Assembly (NCBI GenBank): GCA_028023455.1
Contig: JAQFVV010000004.1
Location: 12,214,001 to 12,278,000, forward strand
Direction: 5' to 3'
DNA from: Epiperipatus broadwayi
Lineage: Eukaryota; Animalia; Onychophora
DNA: 64,000 nucleotides
Below the pieces are notes generated by a model that worked only from the letters and a program-made list of their open reading frames with translations, was not told where the DNA came from and ran no database searches. Made by a program: the position numbers and the translations under genes. Shown in pieces: positions 1 to 12,945 of the stretch (its first letter is position 1; every line of letters starts with the position of its first letter).

Positions 1-1519
1 ATTCAACTAATAATAATAACATACAAGCTACTGCTAACATATTTAGTCCAACATTTAACTACAAGTAAAATGCCATTATGGCAGGTCTTCACACAAACAT
101 AACATACTATATATATAACTACAATGCAAGTTTATTTTTGAAAAATGCATTAATAAAAAAAGACATCAAAATTAAATTAAATAAAAAAAAAAACTATTAT
201 AAAAAACTAATAATAACATTAATATTGTATTTTTTAAAAAAAAAATAAAACAAAACAAAAACAAAACAAAATTATTTCTTTTTTTAAAAAAGAAAGAAAT
301 TTTTTATTTTCTCTTTGTAAAAAACAAACAAACAGGAATGGCAAAAATAAAAATCACTTTCTTCATCCCCTTTATAAAAAGAAATAAAATAAAAAGAGCT
401 ATACAGTTATTTTTGTTGTGAAATGGGAAAAAATAATGATTGAATTAAATAAGACAGATAAAATAATTTTTCTTGAAAACAATAAATTTCAACAAAAACA
501 TCAAACCTGGAAAAGAATTCTATATTTTACTTTGGATTAGTCAAACAGTTTAAACTAATTTAATATTAATTGTTCTGATGCATTATATTTCCTAAAGAAT
601 TCCAAAATAAGACAATTTTAACAATGTGATAATCTTACATATGTTTTTAATATTAATAAACTTTAAACTTTCTAAAAAAGACTCTACCAGATTCATCTTT
701 GTAATATTTTTTACAACGCCAAGTATTTGCATTTGACTCAAAAAATAAAATTTAGAAAATTAAATTTTCTTTAATTTGTAAATCTTTTATTGAATTCTTT
801 TTTTAAAAAAAATGTGAATAACTATAATGAGAATTGATAAAAATTATCAAAAAAAAAAAAACTATAATGAGAATTAATCTATATGAGAGAACTAATCTAT
901 ATCTAAAGTATAATGAATAATTCAAACACACACACACAAATATATATTATAAGAGAGGACAAAACAATAATGAGAAAAATAAAATATATTAAAGAATTTA
1001 TTCAATAAAGCTATCTATGCTTTGTTAAACAAATAAACGTTATGTATGTGTTATGTTTAGTTTGAACATTTCACCTTTGATACAATTGTGGTCACAGGCA
1101 ATGAAAGTTAAAATCCCCAAAGCCACATATATCAAACACACACTTACTTCAAACCATTTAATTATATATACAATATATCTAAATAAATACATATTATATT
1201 AGTCATTAGTTTATATTAATAAAATAACTGTATAAATCACTAAATATCATATGATTGCACTACTGTTTTAACAGTATAAATATAAGAAATATATATGTAT
1301 ATATTAATATTTACTAACTGAATTTACATTTGATTTGAGCAATTTAACCAAAAATCATATTAAAATTATAATATAAAACAGGTAGGCATGTATAGAGTCT
1401 TAGATCTCCATTTGTGCCTTCAATAAAATAAATAGGATATACAGAATTTTTCCTCCAAATATTTGCATCTCTGGTGCAGTTGTTCCTTCACCACTTGTTT
1501 TTTAAACCTATCTTTCTAT

Positions 1520-1720
1520 AGAATCTCATTCTCTGAAATAATTTAATCTCTCAAGAATGTGTTCCAATAAGTACATTTTGGTATCAATTAATTTGCTTTT
1601 TTCTTCACCTGATAATTAATTAGTTCATGAGAGTATTAGATATTATTTTAATGCAAAAAATAATTATATGATTTTGATTTATTACTATTTTTAAATATCT
1701 GAATAAAGATTAATTAAACA
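1520..1720. repeat. Old dispersed repeat, related to 4530-4760
   Basis: Shared blocks such as agtacatt and ctgataattaattagtt in the same order in both places; roughly 65-70% similar by eye. Confidence 0.4.
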
Positions 1721-1819
1721 CAAGATCTATTTGTGCTAAAATACTTTAAGTTTGGGTTTTTATTAAAGCACACACATACAGTAACTACCCATTTCATTCC
1801 AGAAAATTCTTAATTTTTC

Positions 1820-3300
1820 CATATTAGCATTTGTAATCCTTCAAACATGTCAGAGGTTGTTTCACAAGTACACATTTTTGCCCCGTTATTAATATACTTG
1901 ATGTATTGTTGCAATAGTTCAGTTTCTGCATTCTTTTTTTTTTGGGGGGGAGGGGGTAATGTAGTTCCTTTTGTTTCAATAAGAAAATGTTTATTTCCAA
2001 TAATTTGTGATTTATTTTGTGCATTATCTGTCCAATTCTACTGCATATATTTGTTGTAACAAGTGCAAATACACTGTGAACTTAATAATTAACTTATGCT
2101 TACCTCTTTTATAGATTAACTTCATGAACCCAGACTATTTCTGATAAATACATATTTTCTTTGTGGATTTTTGATTATCTTTTGCTATCACCATGGAGCC
2201 TGTGTACTATCAGTAACTCTGTAAAGATTTGCCCTTAGCTAGCTGTAGAAAGAGTGACATGTTAATACAACATAGGCATATTTATGGTGTCATACATTAT
2301 CAATATTTAATTAAAAACTATTTTCTCTGCAGTACAGCTTTCTCAGCTATCCCTCTTGATTTAGAGTGATGTGGTGGAGTTTGAATGTGTTTGACCTTCC
2401 ATTCAGTTAAAAGATTTTTTTATTCAACCAAACTGAATTCTATACTGTTGTCAGATACTAGAGTCTCAGGTAATAAGATGAAATTATTTTTTTAAAGTCT
2501 GATCACATGTATTCTGAAAAATGTTACATTCAACCAATTTAGAGCAAAGCAATACTACAGAAATGTGTCCCTTTAATAGTTACACACAATCAATGTGCAC
2601 ATGGCTCCAATATTTCTCAGTTAAATGGCCAAAGAGTAAATTACTTCAGCAGTGCACTGTACCTGTAGTTTTTTATGTAGACTTGAATCTTTGAATCAGC
2701 CCACCACCCATAACTGTGAGCAATTACTTTTGTTCTTGTTATATTATGAACATTATGTAACAATTCTAATACTTCAGAGTAATCTTAAGTCTGAATTAGT
2801 ATTTCATTGACAATTTTTCTCATAAATTTGCTTTAGCTTATTGTAGGGCCAACTATCCATTATCCTTCCTATAAATATCTAATAGTCAAAGTTAGTCTTT
2901 GTTCATGCTGCTATAGTTTGGCTACTTATATGCTTTGACTCCCAATTGTCAATGTAATTTGCAAGTAATCCTCTGCAGCAATGTCTAATACATGTAAGAG
3001 TGCACCGGCACACATTATCTAGTTAGTCATTCTAAAATACTTCTATATATTAGGCTTTAAACTATTTGCAAAAAAGGATATCATTGTTTATGGCAATGAT
3101 GATCCTTAATGGACACTTTAATCATGCCTATGTACCATTTGCATCTCTTATCTATTCATTAGGTTTGGAACAATCTTTAATAACTTCATATAATGATATT
3201 CCGTCTGTCTGTGACATAAGATATCCCAACCTATCTATCAATGATCATTGCAATGGATTTATTACAGATTTTTACAGTTATAATTACTTTCTAGAAGCTA
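1820..3300 (-). mobile_element. Degenerate DNA-transposon transposase remnant, Sola1-like
   Basis: Minus frame at ~1820-2045 reads NWTDNAQNKSQIIGNKHFLIETKGTTLPP...ELLQQYIKYI, resembling the W-x-DN-C-x-GQNKN...HKFL-xx-GH-xx-LP region recalled for Sola1-type transposases. Cys-containing fragments lie upstream (~2950-3150). Many stops and frameshifts. Confidence 0.35.
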
Positions 3301-4871
3301 TCATTACCACTGTATTTCAATAATGGGTTTGTTTATGACAGGTTTATTTTCCTGGAATTATTTATCCTTTTATATTATTACTATAGCAAACACTTGCCTG
3401 ATAGCCTATTTTGCTTCAACTTTTCACTTTTCACCACTCTCATTATACTTCTTTGCTATGTGCACTGAATTTCCACAGCAATAACATTTTTTTTTTAAGT
3501 TGAAGAATACCAAAATTCTATGCATAGAGTATTGTTGTTTAATATCATATGCACTAGATTCCATGCATCTTTGTGATATGTTTCAGAAGTAATTAATGAG
3601 CAGTGCTTATTTTGTTGGCCTCAGTATTTATAAAATCAGTGATTGATGGGAATTGCTTTTGCAAAGTTTGCTAAGCTGATTCTTAAATAATCTGCCATAA
3701 GCAAATTTATTTTCCATTTCCTCAAGACCAACCACATTATAGTATCAGAAGCTCTCCTTCTCTGTTAGCATTTATAAAGATATATTTGAGGTATATATTT
3801 AGAGAGTTAATTTGACATATGTATAGTTTCAGAATCATTTGGTTTGTAATGTTTGTTTCAGTTTCTATTAATCTAAACCTTTTAAAAAAGTAAAATAGTG
3901 ACTTTTTTTTTTATTTAAAAAAATTTAGGTTTATTAATAATAGGTATATACAAATGTTTTCATTGATAGTTATATATGTTTATATTGTTATGGGTTCTCC
4001 AAGAGTTTGCGTAGAATGAGATGAAATCTGATTTGTTTGTTTAGTCAGATCGTAGATCGTGTGTTTTTAGGACATTTTTATGTCCATACATTAATCAGAT
4101 ATTTGCGTGTTTGTTTTACCTGTTATACATCAAATTTTGTAGAATTAACAAGAAAATACTTGTCTTCACATTTTACATAGAATTACGTCTTTGTAGGATT
4201 GCTAAAATCAATGTCAGAATTATCCATTGAAATGATAACATATTTACAATTCTAAAGTACAGGTTTTCTGACTGCATGAATTATTATGTTTAGTCTAAAT
4301 TCTGGAATCAACTGCCACATAAATTAAAAATAAATAAAATCCTAGAGCCACATAAATTAAAAACACTTCAAACTAATGAATTAGCTACGTGTACAGTATA
4401 CATAAAGAGACACATATAGTAGTTTTATATCAGTAAATATAATGTAGATCATGTAGTAAATATAATATATACCTGTATAAAATTCTATATCCCTATTTGT
4501 ATCTTCAATAGGCAAAAGACAATTTCTTTTTCCACTGAGCAAAGTAATTTAATTATCTTGAAAATATTTTCCATTTAGTACATTCTCATACTAGTTAATT
4601 TGTTTTTTATCTGATAATTAATTAGTTTATGCTAGGACCTATTTTAATTTGAAAACCATAATAACATGATTTCTTATTTCCAATTAGATTTAACTAATTG
4701 AACAGATTTTAATTAAATGTAAATCCAGTGCTTATAAAAACTAATTAAAATCTTAATTTTAATAAGCAAAAATTTTTAAAAAACAAGGACAGAGACATGA
4801 GACTAATACATAGTAATAAAATTTAATATGAAAAAAAAAATACAAATTTAACTGTTATGTATTATTATAAT

Positions 4872-4955
4872 TAAAAGGGATTTGAACTCAGACATTCAAG
4901 CTCCCTAGAACTATTCACTCCATCCTATACAATTGATACACATAACCACATCTAC
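4872..4955 (-). mobile_element. Element A, inverted 3' fragment
   Basis: Reverse complement (gagttcaaatccc, gtatcaattgtatagg) matches the 3' end of the copy at 5073-5380. Confidence 0.8.
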
Positions 4956-5072
4956 ATTAACCTGCATTCTACCCTTCCTTTTTCTGTGTATACGAATGGA
5001 CATATTAAAGTCCTATATGTGAGGGGTCAGAGTGACTTAAAGTCAATATGGATATGACAATAATATTGGCAT

Positions 5073-5380
5073 CTACAAGGACTTTGAGTGTTTTATCATT
5101 AGATTTTCAATGATATGTATGGCTGAAGAGTTGGAGGATGGAGAGTATTGAAAGCTCTCCATTAAAGTTTGAAAATTTGCTATATTAATATAAATTGGGC
5201 ATTGATTATAAATATGTGTGAGAGATTATGATCTGGACCAACTGATGAGTGCTAGTTCAGCAGAATATATATATATTTGAGATCATTTATCTTTTTCACA
5301 TACATATGGTCATGTGTATTAGTTGTATAAGATGGAATGGATAGCTCTAGAAAGCTTGAAAGTCTGAGTTCAAATTTCTT
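5073..5380 (+). mobile_element. Element A (hammerhead-bearing non-coding repeat), near full copy
   Basis: Colinear with 30100-30420: gaagagttggag, ccattaaagt, ctggaccaactgatgag, gagttcaaat. Confidence 0.8.
5231..5285 (+). ncRNA. Degenerate type I hammerhead ribozyme
   Basis: CCAA-CTGATGA(5242-5248)-GTGCTAGTTCAGCA-GAA-(TA)n-TTTGAG. Helix II is damaged and helix III has expanded into a TA run. Confidence 0.6.
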
Positions 5381-5837
5381 GTAATTATATTAAGTTCAGT
5401 ATAGATAATATACTTGTATTTAAACATTATGTATTATGCATACTATTATGATTAAATATAATGCTGAACCTAACAATACACCTTGAATATAAAAATTAAT
5501 AAGCCCAGATAGCAAAATTGTCATTAAGTTAAACAGATTGCGCATCTTTTTTTCGTGATTCATTCAATTTTTTTTATTATTTAAATAACAAATGTATTGA
5601 CTTAAATATAATAGCTTTTTTCATACAAAAATGTATTACATGTATATTAAATTTTTTATATTATATGGTAATATATGTTTAATTTAATGAATTAATAACT
5701 CTTTCTTAAATCAAATAAATTATATCTATCACATTTTTATTTACCATTGGAGTGAGTTTGACAATGGTAAATAAAAAATATAACAATTTACTATAGATAA
5801 ATACTCTTCTTATAATAGAGGTATATATGGGAGATAG

Positions 5838-5892
5838 TGATCTGGGCCAACTGATGAGCGCTGATTCAGCACGAAATGCATCTTGGGGGTCA
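5838..5892 (+). ncRNA. Type I hammerhead ribozyme with intact catalytic core
   Basis: Helix I CCAA(5847-50)/TTGG(5883-86); CTGATGA 5851-57; helix II G.GCTGA/TCAGC.C 5858-72; GAAA 5873-76; palindromic helix III ATGCAT 5876-81; predicted cleavage after AUC at C5882; distal helix I TGATC/GGTCA. Confidence 0.85.
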
Positions 5893-7204
5893 TTTGTCTT
5901 TTATTGTATCTTTATTTATATGAATTTAAAAAGAATGGGAAGTATGGAGGTTGTTTAATATATCTATAAATTATATTTGCTATAATTAATTACAAATTTA
6001 ATTTTGTCTAATCCTTTCTAACAGTTTTTCAAATTTAGCTTTGATATTTTACTTTTTGAATTTCAAATAAAATTTTCAGCTGAAGTTTAATAATAAAGAA
6101 ATTTAAAAAAAAAAATAAAAACAAAAATTATTTCAAAATTGATTTGGTAAATTCAAAGCAAAAACTGTGAAGATGGCAAATAATTACCAAGATGGATTAA
6201 CACTTTACACTATTCCAAAGAAAATTAATTGCTAGATTTGTAATAATGAACTTTAAGCATTTTGAAAATAAATTAAAAATGAAAATGAAAACGATTATGC
6301 AGCTTAGAGTAATGATATTTTTTTCTACATTTTAAGCTGTTTATTTATTTCTTTTACTTTTAAATTTTAATAATTTTAAAACACATTTTAAATTTACAAA
6401 GAAAGACAAAATTTAATATTATTACATATAGAAAGATAAATAGGGAAACGGAATTGTAAATAAATAAAACAGACAATGTTATGCACTTATCTATTTTATT
6501 TTTTAAATTAAAAAAAGGAAATAATTGATACTGTAGTTATTTTAATTTTAAAATAAAGTGTTTACTATTTTCATTACATTTTGATTTATATAGATGTTAA
6601 TATAAATTGAAATATGAGTTAAAAATAGTCTGTCTACTTATTATTTCTATGTTCTTTATGATGTATTACTAATGCAACAATATTGATGCACCAATTATAA
6701 TGAGAAAGACACTAATAAGTTGTTTCAGCAAAAGAAAGCATTTCTATGTCAATCTAAACTTAGGTCATTAAATGTTTGGAAGAAACAAAAATGTATCTTC
6801 CGCTTCTGGTTACTTTACCTTTCTTTTTCTTCTAAAGGGCAGTTTGGAATGAATTATGTCTGGCCATTTTTTATAGAGTATATATATATGCAACAAATAA
6901 ATGAATGAAAATTTGTGAAATATGGAAGATAAAGTGAAATAGTGTATTTTGAATGTTATTACTATTTCATATATATCATCTTTATTTATTAGTTATTGCA
7001 ATAACTGTGCTTTATATTGATTATATATATATACTTTATGTGCATACAATTCTTGTATAACTCTAATAGTAATTTATCATCCTTTGGATATATATAAAAT
7101 ATCAATTCATTTGTCTGACGGATGGTAATGTTGGGCAATAAATTTGAAAATATATTTTTCTGATTATAATATATATTCATGATATTATTTCTGGGAGTTT
7201 CCAT

Positions 7205-7710
7205 GTAATAAAAGATGTTTCAGTACAATAACAGGCACTTTCCTCAGAGCTGCTTCTTTCTCAAATCATAAGAATGTGTGTGGTGAGATTTAAAATCATT
7301 ATTTTTTTTCTTTTGTTATTTTCTCCTTGTTCTTAAATACTATTGGATGAGCAGTTTTAAAAATTATTTTATTCTCCAATAGCTTTTTCCAAATGTTGTT
7401 GATTTTCTTTAATTCATACTTTTCATTTATACTCTTAGATCTTTTGAAAATCTCTATAGTTCCCCTTAGCAGTCTCACGTCATATTGTTCAAAATTTTCC
7501 AGAATATGTGTTCTATTAAAATTGATGTCATGGTTTGTTAATTCAATGTGTGAATGAATGGTTGTTGAATTAGATTTTTCTTTAACTGACAAAATGTGTT
7601 CTTCCTTTCTTCTGTTTATTCTATAATTGGTCTGTCCAATGTGTGAATGTAAATAAACTCTACATGGAATTTCATATACACCATGAGACTCTTTAGGGTG
7701 TGGAAATCAT
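7205..7710 (-). mobile_element. Penelope-like element 3' fragment (GIY-YIG endonuclease end)
   Basis: Minus strand reads GVYEIPC...HIGQT, then HIELTNHDINFNRTHILENFEQYDVRLLRGTIEIFK...INNIWKKLL (ORF 7299-7592), typical of the PLE C-terminus. Confidence 0.8.
7214..7250 (-). ncRNA. Decayed PLE hammerhead motif
   Basis: CTGAGGA-A-AGTGC/GTACT-GAAAC-ATC about 50 nt after the PLE stop codon. ATC may be CpG-decayed GTC. Helix I pairing is not evident. Confidence 0.5.
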
Positions 7711-9879
7711 TAATTTTTTTAAATGTAGTATAAAAATAATATAGTCACTATTAGAGACTGTATATTAACTACTAGATCCATAATAATTTCTACTTTTCAC
7801 ATTAACCCAGATATTGGAGATGTTATGCTACTGCAAGTACTGTTACCATCAAAATATAAAGAATCAAAAACACAAATATCTCTATCATTATAAGAAGTCA
7901 ATGTTTCTAAATTATTAAGTCATAAAATAGGTAAATAATATTTGCTCAAATGTCATTATCAATTAAATGGTATGAGCTGAACTTCTTCACAGCATTTTCA
8001 TGGTTATCATCTATTTTCACCTAGCATATCTTTTAATATAATAATCTTTTCCAGTCACAACCAATTCATATAGTCTTAAAGTGGTGATGAATATTGCACA
8101 ATTTTCTGGTTAAATTTTTAAATTTTTTTATACAAATATTTTAATATTTATTGTAAAATAATGCTTACAATAAAAAATCAAATTTGAAATGATATTTATA
8201 TAAAAGAAGTACTCTTCTTATGAGGAGTATCAGAAACCACTTGTAGTATGAATGTGCCTAAATAACATTATAGCCATTATGAATTAAAAAAGGAAAATTT
8301 CTAACAATAACTGGAAGTCAACAACTTTTGAATAAATTTCAAGAAGTTGGTTAAATAAAAATGAATTTGTAAAATCTTTCTTAAAACTAAAGAAAAAACT
8401 AAAAGAAGTTTGAAACAGAATATTAAAGAAAAATAATGTTATTTTATCCATAAAAATTTTCATTTACAATTTATGAGTGTTTAGAAAAAAATAATATTAA
8501 CTTGGTCAATTATGGAAAGATAATTGAAGTTAAAAATTGAAATATTCTTTTATCGTAATATGCATGTATGTGTGCCTGTATTATACATATATTTAACATT
8601 TAATTATTTATATATTATAAAAATAGAATAATACTGGATAGTAATTTGGAATTTATCATTAATACTGGATAGTATAGTTTTTAAAAGAAATAATAAAAAT
8701 AACTGGGATATTTTATATTATCAGACATGTACATCTGCGCATACATGTAAGTGATCCTTATGACCATTTAAAATGAATATATTTCTATAAACTACAATTA
8801 AAGTGATTTTACATGTATAGTTTAGATTGTCAATCTAGAGAAATTTAATATCTATAAGTCAAAATAAGAATGATCCAATGTAGAGTATTTTCTAGAGATT
8901 CCATTTTATTTATTGTCAATATTAGTTAATAAATTTATTCATCATTGTTTTTATTAATTATTATTTTAATTTATTCCAGTGAAATGATTTAATAATAGAA
9001 TAGATTATATATTCTATACTTTCTCTTTTCACAGTCAGTAAGATCATTGGATCTCAAAGCTATCTCTGATTTACAATATATTGGATATATGTGTGTAGAT
9101 ATCTATACATTTCTTTCAAAATTATTTAGATGGCATTAAGGTAATGCATGTTATCTGTAAAGATAGCTCACTTTATATATAGTTCATGATGATGATTACT
9201 AATATATTTATGGTGAATACACTTATGGTATCAATGATCTTGAGTAGTGATGATGATCAATATTGATATAATTATCTCTGCATATATTTAAATAATCTTA
9301 ATTTATAATTATTTTAGCACTTAGATATGTACATATAATATGGAATATTAATTATTGCTCTTTTACAATATTACAATTCAAGTTTGGCATTAAGGTCATG
9401 ATTATTAGTTGAAGATTTAACACTAACCCTCTTAAATCAAATTTAATATGTTTACTACTAATATTTGATAAATTGATAATCTGCTGATTCTTAGTTCTGG
9501 CTTCAGTTAAAAAAACAAACTATAACTTATCCAATTGCCAAAATTCAAGTAATAAAAACAATTTTTTAAAAAATTACAACAGAGGAGAAATTTAAATATA
9601 TATATATATATAAATTTTCGGATAAATTTTAATGTAAATATTTTGTGAAAGAATGTAAAAAGAAAGTAATATGGAGAGATGACAATCATCATCACCATCA
9701 TCATTACTGGATCATTATCAATATGTATAAAAGTAGCATGAGAGAACCAGCATAGAATAAAATAAGAATTGTAATAATTATAAGTTACATCACCATAATT
9801 AAGCAGGAGTAATCAACATACATCCCATGTGACTGGATATCAAAGAGGCTCAATATCAAAATGTAGGCCAGCTATCTAG

Positions 9880-10230
9880 CCAATGTCAAACTTAGGGCTT
9901 ATAAAACAATCATTAAACTTTAATCTGAACACACATATATCAGTGCTAAAATATCTATCATAATAGAAAGACTGATATCTTGATATATGCTGATCATCAT
10001 CAGCACTATGACCATATAGTACCATGAGTGCATGCCATCAATAAACCAATTTACAATCTGTATAAATAAAATGCAGTGAATGAACATTAAAAATTATTTT
10101 GTGCCACTCATGAGAACTATCTGGATGCCAAAACACAAACATATACTCCAAAATCAACATATATGAACTGTTATTGCTTGTGAACTAACTCAGGATCACA
10201 AGGACTCTAGGGATTATGACTATGAAAAAC
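9880..10230 (+). mobile_element. Possible LINE RT C-terminal remnant
   Basis: KLRAYKTIIK and ERLI-type fragments in the order expected for RTE-like C-termini; very decayed. Confidence 0.3.
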
Positions 10231-10854
10231 AGAAAATATAAATGTGTATGTTTACTCTACTTTATGTTAAATAATTTTACTGGTATAAGGTACAACACAT
10301 TTAAAGAACAAAGATTTAGTAAGATGTACTGTATTAGGTTAATCAGTGCATTTAAAGGATGGAAGGATAAAATAAGATTGTCCTCTAATCTAATACTATC
10401 TATAGTATGAATAAATAATTAGAGATTACCAGATGGTATGGATTTAGTTTTCAGCCTTTAGCATGAGGCTTCAAAGTCAACAACAGATTATTGTAAATGT
10501 AGAAAATATACAGGTAAAAAGAGAAATAATTTTTTTTAGATATTATTAAATAACTGAAGTTACTAATCAACATTTAAAATTCAAGTACTATTTTAATATT
10601 TAAGATAAATAAATCATTGTAATAATTCTGTTTTGATATATTTTAGTAAAATAAATTCTTAATTCAGTCAGAGAAAGATATGACTTTTTAGATATATTTT
10701 AATTTTACTGTGTAGTGTGATGTAATTTAAGTAATCTTTAATTCAATTGTGTTTAGTGCTTTTACATAGTTTTCTCATTTCCTGTATAAAAATGTCTTTA
10801 TACAGCATACTATAAAACTGCTTTGTCTTACTTTAAAACATTTATTTATCTTTC

Positions 10855-11470
10855 ATTCTTATATTAGAATTATATATTATATAATATTTAGTGAGTTAAA
10901 TGTGAAGGCATTTAAAGTTTCACACTCTTAGGTTAAAATGCTTGAGACTGGCTTATTTATATAGAAATTTAAGTAGAGAAGAAGGTAGAACCATCTTTTT
11001 CTCATAAAATCTTTGCCTTGTGTTTTGACTTGAGAGTTCCCTGTGCAGTCATTATTACATCTGATTGGCTGTCATATAAGCATTTTTAAGGTGCATCTGA
11101 CAAAGATTTCAGCCTTTCATGTTATTATTATATAATCTGCTTACACTTAATAAATAAATATATTTACATTTGTTACTATCCATTCATTGGATTTGAAAAT
11201 TACTTCGTAGTAAATCGAAAGATTTGACATTGTTTATTTATATATAATATTTAGTGAGTTAAATGTGAAGGTGTTTAAAGCTTCACACTCTTAGGGTAAA
11301 ATGCTTGATTCTGGCTTATTTATATAAAAATTTAAGTAGAGAAGGTGGAACCATCTTTTTCTCATAAATTCTTTGCCTTGTGTTTTGACTTGAGAGTTTC
11401 CTGTGCAGTCATTATTACATCTGACTGGCTGTCATATAAGCATTTTTCACATTATTATTATATTAGAATT
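10855..11470. repeat. Direct duplication of ~240 bp (about 10855-11100 and 11230-11470)
   Basis: Both copies contain atatttagtgagttaaatgtgaagg...gttttgacttgagagtt...gtcatataagcattttt; ~90% identical by eye. Confidence 0.9.
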
Positions 11471-11689
11471 GTAACATTAAAACTTGATAAATGTGATCTG
11501 ATTTTTAAACAAAAATGCTGTAAAATTTTAAATATTATTACTAAATGATACAAAACAAACATTAAATAAAATAATCAAGTGTGTTTATTCATACAAAGTT
11601 CAAGCACTGGAAATTACAATTTCCCAATCCATAGACTTTAAGCTGGAGAGTCTTCCATTCTGACAAATATCAAAAGAAGCAGATTTCTG

Positions 11690-12200
11690 CTAAATGCATG
11701 AATAGCATTTATATATAACACCTACTCAAAAGCACATTGTGATGATACAGACTACTCTGCTCATTTCTGATAATTTTCTTTTTTATTCACTCCAATGAAT
11801 TAAATTATCTCATGATATATGATTTAAATAGCACAGCTTTTGTTCTTCAAGAGATAGATTAGGTATAATGTGATCAAGTACCCATTTTACTCATTTTGTT
11901 GCATAATGACAGTATTTTTAAAATTCTTTTTAAGATGAACAAACAAAAAACCTTATTATATTTTCTTATTATTTTTCATCATATAATTATTTCTAAAAAT
12001 CTTTTCTAGATTTTTTATTAAAATTTTATTCAATGCTGATATAAAATGATTTTCTTTGCAACATGATCCAATTATAAAAAGTTGTCAGCCACTTTCTTAT
12101 CAATTTTGAACACATCTTCCCAAATTGCCATTATAATATTTGGCTTCATCATATTTACCAAAAGTCCCATTTTATTTACTTCATTGTTAATGAATCAATT
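11690..12200 (-). mobile_element. Possible piggyBac-like transposase C-terminal remnant
   Basis: Fragments resembling P-x-II-xx-YN-xx-MGGVD and RKW, followed by a Cys-rich tail; highly degenerate. Confidence 0.3.
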
Positions 12201-12945
12201 CAGTATTTGATGATTTTTATGAATTCTCAAACATATTTTTTTATGTACAATCTGGTTTCTATCATTCTATATTCAATATGAAATTAAATAATTCCTATAA
12301 CAATAAGCACATCTATTTATATTCATTGTTAGTTAAAAACCATACTGTTTTATTTGTCTAGTTTTGTCTAACTCTTATTGGAATTCATCATAGGAACAAT
12401 AATTAAAAAATCGTTTAAATTCATTGTGTTAAAACAGCTGACAATGTCGTAAAATTAATTGTAACTAATGCATTGTTGTAATAAATAAAGCTTGGGAAAG
12501 TTTGCTATTGTTTTCATTCAGCTTGAAGAACTGGTCTGCTTGTTTACTGCACATCAATACACATTGGCTGTGAACCTAACATCATAACAGTGATCCCATT
12601 TTCTAATTAATTTACAAATATAAATACATAAAAGCATTCAACACTTAAACAATACCAATATTGGTCAATTCAACATACATTAACAATGGTATATATATAG
12701 TACCATGACTATTTCTGATGCCAATATGTTAATTTGTCAATTCTCTTTCAATGTATGACTTTGTAATTCAAATCTAACACAAAAACTTTGTGTGCGAATA
12801 AAAATACTTGTAAAATAATATAGGCGCTATTGCACCTGAACGCAAAGCTATTTTATACTTAAAACAAAATAAAATAAAATTATACTGATGAACAGATGGC
12901 TGATTGAAATGTTGGGTTTTGGAGGTTACACAATAAAATCTTCAT

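Noticed and set aside
2098-2245. Exon-like segment on the minus strand (ctacAG ... GTAAGC)
   Set aside because: All three frames contain stops, and it lies within the putative transposase remnant.
12885-12891. CTGATGA at the left PLE junction
   Set aside because: Created by fusion of the inverted repeat to truncated RT; no helix II or GAAA.
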